From Haliotis cracherodii (Eukaryota), in contig NW_027266268.1 of the NCBI RefSeq assembly GCF_022045235.1, forward strand, positions 22,382,001 through 22,446,000: a stretch of DNA of 64,000 bases, written 5' to 3'. The notes beneath the pieces are model-generated. The model was given only the letters and a program-made list of their open reading frames with translations, ran no database searches and was not told where the DNA came from. The position numbers were made by a program, and so were the translations under genes. This document shows, one piece after another, positions 37,312 through 47,155 of the stretch (position 1 is its first letter; each line of letters begins with the position of its first letter).

Positions 37312-37692
37312 CTGGAAACTCCGCTCACCTCAGGTATGCCTGAGCTGGAAACTCCGCTCACCTCATGTATGCCTGAGCTGGAAACTCCGCTCACCTCATG
37401 TATGCCTGAGCTGGAAACTCCGCTCACCTCATGTATGCCTGAGCTGGAAACTCCGCTCACCTCCTGTATGCCTGAGCTGGAAACTCCGCTCACCTCCTGT
37501 ATGCCTGAGATGGAAACTCCGCTCACCTCATGTATGCCTGAGCTGCAAGTACCGCTCACCTCCTGTATGTCTGAGCTGGAAACTCCGCTCACCTCCTGTA
37601 TGCCTGAGCTGGAAACTCCGCTCACCTCATGTATGCCTGAGATGGAAACTCCGCTCACCTCATGTATGCCTGAGCTGGAAACTCCTGGAAAC
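37312..37692. repeat. 33-bp minisatellite
   Basis: CTGGAAACTCCGCTCACCTCATGTATGCCTGAG, about 11 copies. Confidence 0.95.
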
Positions 37693-37795
37693 TATATGCT
37701 ATGTATGTTCCGGAACCGTGATGGCGATGTTGTCCCCTTATTCCCCCAAGAGATAATTCTCATGAGCCAGTAGTAGTAGTAGTAGTAGAGAGAGA

Positions 37796-37862
<67 letters not shown>

Positions 37863-37929
37863 TTGTTTAACGCCGTACTAATCAATTTCGTAGTAGTTCT
37901 ATTCGAAGTAGCAGTAGTAGTAGTATTTG

Positions 37930-38644
37930 TGTGAACTCTTAAATTATCTAATTAATGGAGATAGAGGATATCAAAGTTTCAACTCGATCCAGCACTTTAA
38001 TATTGTCTTTAATTTCAAACTTCACAAATTCCATATACCATAATTCCATATATTCAGTGAATATCCACACAATGATTGAATAACATATCACACACTCCAA
38101 GAATAAGTCGTAATATAATAAACAGTCGCAGCACAGTTGCAGGATAAATGCAGGATAGCTTGTACCGTGGCTCGGACAGTAGCTCGGACAGTAGCTCGGA
38201 CAGTAGCTCGGACAGTAGCTCGGACAGGTTGAAAAACCGTATGTCCTCTATTCCCTTAACACAATCTTCTTACTCTCTCTTAGAAACATGTCTTACTTCT
38301 TTCGTATCTTAAAACTCTCTGCTCTCTTTCTCACACTCATTCGTCCAGCTATATATCTGAAATTCTTGTGGGATGCTTATCGTTGTTGATCAGGTCACGA
38401 CCTCTAAGACTCCACACAAAAACAATTAACTTTAAAGTCTTAGCTGCAACATTATACTATTGCTGTCACCAACCCCTGGGAAAATAGCCTGAAACGGCCA
38501 CTGGCAGCAAGGGCTGGCTGTTTCTAATGTTTTATCTTATAATTATACTAAACACATGCATCCATGCACACATACAAACCCTAACAAAGTTCCAATTAAA
38601 AGGATTCTCAATGAACCACAAATACCTAAAATTCAGCTCTAACA
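37930..38644 (-). repeat. 3' LTR (715 bp)
   Basis: Direct repeat of 45321-46023 with 5 copies of the 12-bp unit CTCGGACAGTAG. Confidence 0.95.
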
Positions 38645-38655
38645 TTCCGGCCCCT
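38645..38655 (-). other. Polypurine tract of the BEL element
   Basis: Minus strand AGGGGCCGGAA immediately precedes the TG of the 3' LTR. Confidence 0.7.
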
Positions 38656-39007
38656 AATTGTTACTTGTATTTGACTATAACAATTACCAAGAACTCATGG
38701 ACAGAGCGAATTTTGAATGTACAACAATGTCTCCCTAAGCAACTGTAATTAGCTGCATAACTACATTCTATAACATAAGATGATCCTGTTTGTCTTATTT
38801 AAATCTTAGTCTTTTACATTATGCATGAATGTAGTAAACATACAATACTGATCAATGCCATTCATCTTAACATCAAGGCAGCTCATTGTCATTGAACATT
38901 GTACAGGAATTACATCCTATGTTCTATACTGTCAACACTTCATAAGCCTCAAAGTCTTGATCCTGTCTTTAAGGCAGTGTCCACATCACACAATCTCAAA
39001 ACACAGC

Positions 39008-42000
39008 TTAAGTGTCACTCTCTAGAAGCAAACATAGCTTGCTAATAGGTCTGTCCAAAACCTTTGTCTGGGTTTTCACCTCAACCCGTCTTACAACACC
39101 CTTTCTGTCAGGCATAAGCTTCACAACCTTGCCCATCGACCAAGAGTTTCTAGGTGCAGTATTGTCCACTATGAGCACAATGTCACCAATCTTCAAATTT
39201 CTTCTAAGCTTCACCCACTTCTGTCGCTCCTGTAGTAATGGCAAGTACTCTCTTAACCATCTCTTCCAAAACAGATCTGCCATGTACTGCACTTGACGCC
39301 ACCTCCGTCTTGGATAATGACCATCCATACCAAACATACCTGGTGGCAAATTTGGTTTTCTTTTCAAGAGCAACAAGTGATTTGGAGTGAGGGCTTCCAA
39401 ATCATTTGGATCACTTGATGCTCTGGAGATAGGTCTATTATTGATAATAGCCTCTACCTCACACAACACAGTTCGCAAAGTTTCATCATCTAACGTTTGT
39501 TCTCTTACCAGAGATCTCAACACTTTTCTCACGGTTCTGATTTGTCTCTCCCATACGCCGCCATGGTGGGAACCAGCAGGAGGATTGAATGTCCATTCAA
39601 CATTTCTTTGTAACATCTCTTGATGAATCTGACATTTGTTCCAGTTTTCTAACTCTTCTCTGAGCTCACGCTCACTTCCAACGAAGTTGGTACCATTATC
39701 TGATTTGATGACTTTGACTTGACCTCTTCTAGCCATGAAACGGCGCAATGCATTAATACAAGAGTCAGTGTCTAAGCTATACGCCACTTCTATATGCACA
39801 GCACGCGTTGTGAGGCACGTGAACAAAACTCCATACCTTTTTTCATGCTTTCGTCCACGTTTTACATCAAATGGACCAAAGTAATCCACTCCAACAAAGG
39901 TAAAAGGAGGTTCATCAGGAGTCACACGTTGAGCTGGCAAGTCAGCCATCTTTTGATTACCTGCTACAACTTGATTGCGTCGGCAAGTTACACATCTGTG
40001 TATTTCTTGCCTCACTGCTGCATTGGCTTTGATAATCCAATATTTCTCAAACAATTTTGAAAGTACAAAGTTTCTGCCTGAATGCCCACATTCACGATGA
40101 ACATGGCGAATTATCAGTTCTGAGACATGCGATTTCTTTGGTAGAATCATTGGGTGTTTGGAGCTTTCGGGCATGTTAGCGCGACTTAGTCTTCCACCCA
40201 CCCTAAGCACACCATCTTCTACAAATGGATCAAGCTTGGAGATTGGACTACCTTTGTTCAAATCAAGCTCTTTGTTTGAATTAAGTCTTTCAAGTTCACT
40301 TGAAAAGTCTTGCTGTTGAACATAGCAAACAATGGCTTTCTCTGCATTTTCTAAGTCTTTCACAGTCAACACTACAGGCATGCTTTGCTGAGGTGCTAAG
40401 CCTGCCTTCTTCTTTTGACTGCGATCCAGGAGTACTTCCCGTATCCTGAGCACCCATGCGATAGCCTTCTTCAGTGCAAACCAGTCAGAATAGTGACTGA
40501 TAAGGCTGTCTATTTCCTTACATGGCTTGCTGTAGTCTATCAAGTTGACTCGGGCAACCTTCTTTAATTCAACGTCTTTCTTGGGAATATCTCTTAAAAT
40601 GTGTGTCTGTTGAGGCCACATTTCTTCATCTTCCCACAGGAACTTTGGTCCAGAGAGCCATCTGGTATCTTTCAGAAATGCATCTATTGACAGTCCTCGA
40701 GATGCTTCATCAGCAGGATTGTTCTGAGTGTCCACATACTTCCATTGAGATGGGCTTGAGCCTTCATGAATTACTGACAGCCTATTTGCCACAAAAGTAT
40801 GGAATCGCTTTGAATCATTGGCGATGTATCTTAAAACTGACATACTGTCTGACCAAAAGTAAGTTTGGTCAATTGGCATTTCCAGCTCTCGTTTGAGCAT
40901 ACTGTCTACCCGTATTGCTAGAGTAGCGGCTGATAGCTCCATTCTTGGTATCGTGATCTGCTTAAGTGGGGCAACTCTTGATTTGCTGATGAGAAATGCA
41001 CAATGAATTTGACCAGTGCTACTGACTTGTCTTAGGTAAGAAACAGTTCCGTAACCTGTTTCACTGGCATCCGAAAAATGATGTATTTGAGATACCATCT
41101 TCTGATTACTATCATTTGGTTGAATGCATCTTCTAATCGCCATTTCCTCAAGCCTGCGTAGTTCCGACAACCATTTGGTCCAGTCCTTCTGCAAGGGAAC
41201 GGGGATTACGTCATCCCATCCTATCTTAAGTCTGCAGAGGTCTTGTAGAATTCCCTTTGCTTTGAGAACATAAGGGCCTGCAAATCCTAATGGATCATAG
41301 ATGGAGCTGACAGTTGACAGTATTCCTCTTCTCGTTATTGGTTTGTCTTTGATTGCAATCCGGAATTTAAATGTATCTGATTCGACGCACCAGTGTACAC
41401 CTAATGCCCTCTCGATTGGTAAAGCATCATCCATGTCCAAGTCTTTAACTTCTTTGGCTCGCTCCTCTCCTGGGATTGATTCTATTGCAGCTCTGCTGTT
41501 ACTTATCCATTTTGTCAAGCGAAATCCACCCTTCTTACAGATTTCTCTCAGCTTATGTGACATTTCAATGGCCATTTTCTCAGATTGGACTGAAGTAAGA
41601 CAGTCATCCACGTAGAAACTCTTTTCAACAGCATGAACAACTTCCTTGCCAAACAAGTCCATGTTGTCCTTCGCTGTTTCTTTCAAGGCAAAGTTGGCAC
41701 AACTTGGTGATGAGACCGCGCCAAATAAGTGCACTTTCATCTGATATTCTTGTAATTCTTCATCCAAGTTTCCATTGGGCCACCATAGGAACCGCAGAAC
41801 ATCATAGTCGTCTGGTTCGACTCTAACCTGGTAAAACATAGCTTCGATGTCTGCCATCAGAGCTATTGGTTCTTGGCGAAATCTCAGGAGCACTCCCAGT
41901 AGGGTATTGGTTAGATCCGGCCCCTGTAGAAGGTGGTCATTTAGAGATTTCCCTCTGAAAGTTGCTGCACAGTCAAATACAACTCGTATCTTCTCTGGCT

Positions 42001-44890
42001 TTTTTGGATGGTACACACCATGATGTGGTATATACCACACCTTTCCATCCTTACGGTCTTTCTTATTCTCTGGTACTTTCTGGGCATAGTCTTTGTCCAG
42101 GAGATCTTTCATGAATACCTTGTAGTCTTCATAAAAGTTTTCATTCTTCTTAAATTTCTTCTTTAGTGAAATGGCTCTTTGCTCAGCTTGTACTTTATTG
42201 TTGGGCAAATCTAATTGGGCATCTTTGAATGGGAGTGACATCTGGTAATGTCCTCCTGTCAGTGTCTTTGAGGAGTTCATGATGTCTAAGAATTGCTTGT
42301 CGTCTCTTGACATCTCAGGTTGATCATTACTGATGCGCTCGTTGAACTCCCTGTTGAAGTATCCTATTAACTGAAGATCCAATTTCTCGTCTCCAAGAAC
42401 ATCAGTCCTGTTTACTGAGATCTCACTGGAAGATTCTGATTCCTGTACTAGCCCATTTACAATCCATCCAAGAATGGTTCTGACTGCATAGGGCCCGTTA
42501 CCATCGCTGTTGATTATCTCATACGGTTCCATTGCTCTTGGGACATTGTTGCCAATAAGGAGTCCTATCTCCGCATCTATAGGTGGTAGTGTGACGTCCT
42601 GTAGATGGGGCCATTGATGGATGAACTTTTCTTTGGGGACTGTGCTTGTGGAAATTGGCATTTCATCCTGTGTAAAGACAGTAGGCAGTTTGACCCAATT
42701 GTTTCCGTCAATGTCACCAACTTCTAGATTTGATAGGATGGAGGTATTAACAGTTTTCCTTTGAGTCATGGTGCTGACAACTATGTTTGTCATCTTTCCA
42801 GTGACTTGGAGCTCCTCTGCCAACTTGCTGGTACAAAAGGTCGCTGAACTGCCGTTGTCAAGGAAGGCATATGTTTTGACATATCTGTCACCAGAGTTGA
42901 CTTTAATCCTAACAGGGACCACAGGCATGTAGCTCAAGTCTTTGTGGTCCCCGCTCTCACTCGTAGCCAAACTGTTGTTTGTGACAACCCTTGGCTTCGT
43001 TTGGTCCATTTCTTTCTTTTCTCTGTCCTTACCGTTGTCATGAAAACAGGTTGCATGTCTCAGTTTACATATATGACATGTCAATCTGCTGGGGCACTCG
43101 CGACTCATATGTCCAAATTGTAAGCAGCCAAAACACAAGCCCTTTGGTCTTAAGAAGTCAGTCTTCTCATCCAACGTCTTACACTGCATTCCCTTGCACA
43201 TTTCCATGGTGTGGTCCTCATTGCAGAACCAGCATGGCTTGATGAATGCTCTAGACGTGTTGGCTGTTCTTTCGCTAGTTGCAGATGGCTTACCAGATGT
43301 CATCAATTTTGGTTTAACTGGGTAGGCTGCCCTGGTGGCAGTTTCTTGACCTAATTCAGACTTTGATGTGTCGGTAGCAAAGCTCTTATATCTCTTTGGC
43401 GCTTCTTTCATCTTTGGTCTTGCTTGAACTTGGATGTCGTCGATGATATTGCCAAACAATGGGCTTGACAAGATCTGTGCTTGTTTATCTACGAAACCAA
43501 CAAGGTCCGCAAAGGTGACATTTCTCCTTTCCAAGATATTAAACGAAACTGTTCTCCATCTTTCTCTTAACTTATATGGCAACTTTTGGATCAACTCTCT
43601 GATGTTCTTTGGATGTTCTAATTCTCTTAGATAGTCGATATCGGTCATGGTATTTCCACAGCTGGTCAGGAATACAGCAAAGCTGTTGAGTGCTTCACTG
43701 TCCTCTGACTTAATAGCCGGCCATTTCAATGCTTTGTTCATGTAAGCTGTTGCTATCTTGTACTTGTTCCCAAATTTCTTATCCAAAAGTGACCTGGCTT
43801 GTTCATAGCCACTTTCAGGGTTCATGAATAAGCAGCTTCTTACCAAGTCATTCGGTTCACCGTTGGTGTACTGATCCAAGTAATAGAGCCTATCTTTTGG
43901 ATTGATGGTTTTATCTTCTATGCCATGCTCGAATGCTTGTATGAAGGGCTTAAACTGTAGTGGGTCACCACTGAACACAGGAATCTTCCTAGTGGGTAGC
44001 GTGGCCAATTTCTGGTGTTCTACCACTAGCTGGATTATCTCATTCTGTTGCTTACATACTTCATCAAATTTTGAATTGTGGACTCCAACCTGTAGGTTTG
44101 TACTCTGAATAGGGGTAAATTCTTCAGCTTCTGGGTTCAAATCTTTATTTCGGGTCTTTACTTGCTTGAAGGGCCTTAGTGAACTTTCTGGTTTTCGAGA
44201 ACTGTGTGATTCTCGGTCATACTGGTCAAAAATTTCATACTGGGCATCGGCAATTTCTACTTCTGTCTCAAGTTCTAATCTTTCTCGTCTTTGTTTTAAT
44301 CTGTTTTCTTCTTCTTCTAATTGGTGTCTTCGTTCTAAACATTTTTGTCTGGCAATAAGTTCGGCCCTTTTCGCTAGGATCTCCATTTTGGCAGAGGAGG
44401 CAGAGGAGATTACTGAACCCTTAGGTAATCCAACTTGAGAAACGCTATCTTCTGGTCTAATGTCATCTCCCGTACTGTAATGTTTAATGAAGGAGGTAAC
44501 ATTTCTTTCAAACTGCGAAAAGGTGCATAGCTTTGATTGGAACCAAGTTGCTTCATCGTCTTTAGCTGATTGGCTATGAAGTTTTTCATGATAAGCTTTA
44601 GCCGATTCTTGAAACTTGTCACATAATTCCTTCCAATCTTCAAATTCATTTTTGACGGCATCTAAATCTGCATCAGAGCTCATCAAGTATTCAATGTCCT
44701 TTATCTTTGAAGAAACCTGCTTGTATAAGAATTTCATTTTATCCTGTGCCATGTTCAAAACATAATTTTGGCCCTTTTCAGTCTGTTTTCTTAATCTTGA
44801 TTCAGTTATTAATGATTTAGCATTTCTTGCAGGTTCATGAATCAGTTCTTTGTCACTTGTTACAGCATCACTCAATGTTCTACTTGCCAT
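39008..44890 (-). CDS. BEL/Pao Gag-Pol polyprotein (~1960 aa): Gag, three zinc knuckles, aspartic protease, RT, RNase H, integrase
   Basis: Gag IPVFSGDPLQFKPFIQAFE; knuckles CWFCNEDHTMEMC, CFGCLQFGHMSREC, CHICKLRHATCFH; protease LDNGSSATF; RT KIRVVFDCAA, ADIEAMFYQV, FYVDD; RNase H HFSDASETGYG, KSRVAP, IPRMEL; integrase HRECGH...CVTC, GVDYFGP, SDNGTNF, GGVWERQI. Domain order PR-RT-RH-IN. First ATG at 44890 (the track start at 44920 is TTG). Confidence 0.97.
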   Translation of the reverse strand: MASRTLSDAVTSDKELIHEPARNAKSLITESRLRKQTEKGQNYVLNMAQDKMKFLYKQVSSKIKDIEYLMSSDADLDAVKNEFEDWKELCDKFQESAKAYHEKLHSQSAKDDEATWFQSKLCTFSQFERNVTSFIKHYSTGDDIRPEDSVSQVGLPKGSVISSASSAKMEILAKRAELIARQKCLERRHQLEEEENRLKQRRERLELETEVEIADAQYEIFDQYDRESHSSRKPESSLRPFKQVKTRNKDLNPEAEEFTPIQSTNLQVGVHNSKFDEVCKQQNEIIQLVVEHQKLATLPTRKIPVFSGDPLQFKPFIQAFEHGIEDKTINPKDRLYYLDQYTNGEPNDLVRSCLFMNPESGYEQARSLLDKKFGNKYKIATAYMNKALKWPAIKSEDSEALNSFAVFLTSCGNTMTDIDYLRELEHPKNIRELIQKLPYKLRERWRTVSFNILERRNVTFADLVGFVDKQAQILSSPLFGNIIDDIQVQARPKMKEAPKRYKSFATDTSKSELGQETATRAAYPVKPKLMTSGKPSATSERTANTSRAFIKPCWFCNEDHTMEMCKGMQCKTLDEKTDFLRPKGLCFGCLQFGHMSRECPSRLTCHICKLRHATCFHDNGKDREKKEMDQTKPRVVTNNSLATSESGDHKDLSYMPVVPVRIKVNSGDRYVKTYAFLDNGSSATFCTSKLAEELQVTGKMTNIVVSTMTQRKTVNTSILSNLEVGDIDGNNWVKLPTVFTQDEMPISTSTVPKEKFIHQWPHLQDVTLPPIDAEIGLLIGNNVPRAMEPYEIINSDGNGPYAVRTILGWIVNGLVQESESSSEISVNRTDVLGDEKLDLQLIGYFNREFNERISNDQPEMSRDDKQFLDIMNSSKTLTGGHYQMSLPFKDAQLDLPNNKVQAEQRAISLKKKFKKNENFYEDYKVFMKDLLDKDYAQKVPENKKDRKDGKVWYIPHHGVYHPKKPEKIRVVFDCAATFRGKSLNDHLLQGPDLTNTLLGVLLRFRQEPIALMADIEAMFYQVRVEPDDYDVLRFLWWPNGNLDEELQEYQMKVHLFGAVSSPSCANFALKETAKDNMDLFGKEVVHAVEKSFYVDDCLTSVQSEKMAIEMSHKLREICKKGGFRLTKWISNSRAAIESIPGEERAKEVKDLDMDDALPIERALGVHWCVESDTFKFRIAIKDKPITRRGILSTVSSIYDPLGFAGPYVLKAKGILQDLCRLKIGWDDVIPVPLQKDWTKWLSELRRLEEMAIRRCIQPNDSNQKMVSQIHHFSDASETGYGTVSYLRQVSSTGQIHCAFLISKSRVAPLKQITIPRMELSAATLAIRVDSMLKRELEMPIDQTYFWSDSMSVLRYIANDSKRFHTFVANRLSVIHEGSSPSQWKYVDTQNNPADEASRGLSIDAFLKDTRWLSGPKFLWEDEEMWPQQTHILRDIPKKDVELKKVARVNLIDYSKPCKEIDSLISHYSDWFALKKAIAWVLRIREVLLDRSQKKKAGLAPQQSMPVVLTVKDLENAEKAIVCYVQQQDFSSELERLNSNKELDLNKGSPISKLDPFVEDGVLRVGGRLSRANMPESSKHPMILPKKSHVSELIIRHVHRECGHSGRNFVLSKLFEKYWIIKANAAVRQEIHRCVTCRRNQVVAGNQKMADLPAQRVTPDEPPFTFVGVDYFGPFDVKRGRKHEKRYGVLFTCLTTRAVHIEVAYSLDTDSCINALRRFMARRGQVKVIKSDNGTNFVGSERELREELENWNKCQIHQEMLQRNVEWTFNPPAGSHHGGVWERQIRTVRKVLRSLVREQTLDDETLRTVLCEVEAIINNRPISRASSDPNDLEALTPNHLLLLKRKPNLPPGMFGMDGHYPRRRWRQVQYMADLFWKRWLREYLPLLQERQKWVKLRRNLKIGDIVLIVDNTAPRNSWSMGKVVKLMPDRKGVVRRVEVKTQTKVLDRPISKLCLLLESDT

Positions 44891-45320
44891 GATTTCAAAT
44901 CGGTTCAACACCAGTTCCAATAATCTTGAAATATTTGATGTAACTTACAGTTCTTGAGTTCCGTAATCCTATGTGATAAGTCCAATTCAGTGTATACACG
45001 ATTCCAGTGACATATAATCCCTCATGTATTTGCTTGTTTCTGAATAAACACACTCTTCAATACTCGAACAGGTAGTCTTATTACCCGTAAGTTCTTTTAT
45101 CACGCATCGATAAAACCATAAAAGTCACATTTACTTCACAAGCTCAACTTCTTGAGAAAATAAAATACCTTACTTCGACTTCGAGTCCTTAATCCAATCT
45201 GTGTTAATCCGTTTTGAACTTTGCAGGATCCTGTTGCCAATTCACGAATGGAGACACAATCTTCTTTATGTCCAAGTCTTAGGTTCACATCCGGATTTTC
45301 ACGGGTTTTTCAACTTTTAA

Positions 45321-46023
45321 TGTGAACTCTTAAATTATCTAATTAATGGAGATAGAGGATATCAAAGTTTCAACTCGATCCAGCACTTTAATATTGTCTT
45401 TAATTTCAAACTTCACAAATTCCATATACCATAATTCCATATATTCAGTGAATATCCACACAATGATTGAATAACATATCACACACTCCAAGAATAAGTC
45501 GTAATATAATAAACAGTCGCAGCACAGTTGCAGGATAAATGCAGGATAGCTTGTACCGTGGCTCGGACAGTAGCTCGGACAGTAGCTCGGACAGTAGCTC
45601 GGACAGGTTGAAAAACCGTATGTCCTCTATTCCCTTAACACAATCTTCTTACTCTCTCTTAGAAACATGTCTTACTTCTTTCGTATCTTAAAACTCTCTG
45701 CTCTCTTTCTCACACTCATTCGTCCAGCTATATATCTGAAATTCTTGTGGGATGCTTATCGTTGTTGATCAGGTCACGACCTCTAAGACTCCACACAAAA
45801 ACAATTAACTTTAAAGTCTTAGCTGCAACATTATACTATTGCTGTCACCAACCCCTGGGAAAATAGCCTGAAACGGCCACTGGCAGCAAGGGCTGGCTGT
45901 TTCTAATGTTTTATCTTATAATTATACTAAACACATGCATCCATGCACACATACAAACCCTAACAAAGTTCCAATTAAAAGGATTCTCAATGAACCACAA
46001 ATACCTAAAATTCAGCTCTAACA
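45321..46023 (-). repeat. 5' LTR (703 bp)
   Basis: Direct repeat of 37930-38644 with 4 copies of the internal 12-bp unit. TATATA-like element near 45729-45735 and ATTAAA signals on - near the U5 end. Confidence 0.95.
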
Positions 46024-46024
46024 A

Positions 46025-46291
46025 TTTGTTTGTTTTGTTTTGTTTTGTTGTTTAACGCCGCAATATTCCAGCTATTTGTGACGACGGTCTGTAAATTAAT
46101 CGAGTCTGGACAATCCAGTGATTGAAATCATGAGCATCGATCCACGCAATTGGGATCGATGACATGTATCAACCAAGTCAGCGAGCCTGACCACCCGATC
46201 CCTTTAATCGCCTTTTACGACAAGCATAGTCGCCTTTTACGTCAAGTATGGGTTGCTGAAGACCTATTCTACCCCAGAATCTTCACGGGTC
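46025..46291 (-). mobile_element. SINE-like family A copy abutting the BEL insertion site
   Basis: Full-length homology; its tail overlaps the right-hand TSD. Confidence 0.85.
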
Positions 46292-46383
46292 AGTAGTAGT
46301 ATTAGTAGTATTAGTATTAGTAGTATAGTAGTAGTAGTAGAAGTAGTAGAAGTAGTAGTAGTAATAGTATAAGTATTAGTAGC

Positions 46384-46417
<34 letters not shown>

Positions 46418-47117
46418 ACAGTAGTAGTAGTATTTCAGTTATATTAGCTTAAAGTGGGAGGAAAGCCAGAAGTGATGCAGCTTTTTGACGTCATTACTTA
46501 GTTGTAGGGGCAGTAGTATCAGTAGTAGTAGAAGCTAGCGGCAGCAGCAGCGGTAGAAGTAGTAGTTGGGTTGCTGAAGACCTATTCTACCCCAGAATCT
46601 TCACGGGTCAGTAGTAGTAGTAGTAGTAGTAGTATAGTAGTAGTAGAAGTAGTAGTAGAGTAAAAGTATTAGTATTAGTAGCAGTAGTAGTGGTAGTAGT
46701 AGTAGTAGTAGCAGTAGTAGTAGTATTTCAGTTATATTAGCTTAAAGTGGGATGAAAGCCAGAAGTGATGCAGATTTTTGACGTCATTACTTAGTTGTAG
46801 GGGCAGTAGTATCAGTAGTAGTAGAAGCTAGCGGCAGCAGCAGCGGTAGAAGTAGTAGTTGGGTTGCTGAAGACCTATTCTACCCAAGAATCTTCACGGG
46901 TCAGTAGTAGTAGTAGTAGTATAGTAGTAGTAGAAGTAGTAGTAATAGTATTAGTATTAGTAGCAGTAGTAGTAGTAGTAGTAGCAGTAGTAGTAGTATT
47001 TCAGTTATATTAGCTTAAAGTGGGAGGAAAGCCAGAAGTGATGCAGATTTTTGACGTCATTACTTAGTTGTAGGGGCAGCAGTATCAGTAGTAGTAGAAG
47101 CTAGCGGCAGCAGCAGC

Positions 47118-47155
<38 letters not shown>
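46250..47155. repeat. Composite ~300-bp unit x3 (SINE A head + (TAG)n + SINE C fragment)
   Basis: Units start near 46250, 46568 and 46861. Confidence 0.9.

Larger units (their letters stand above)
37930..46023 (-). mobile_element. Full-length BEL/Pao LTR retrotransposon, apparently intact and recent
   Basis: Two TG...CA LTRs (37930-38644, 45321-46023), 5-bp TSD ATTTG (37925-37929 and 46024-46028), uninterrupted gag-pol ORF, PPT-like tract. Confidence 0.97.

Noticed and set aside
39012-44438. Short + strand ORFs inside the BEL element
   Set aside because: Antisense shadows of the gag-pol frame.
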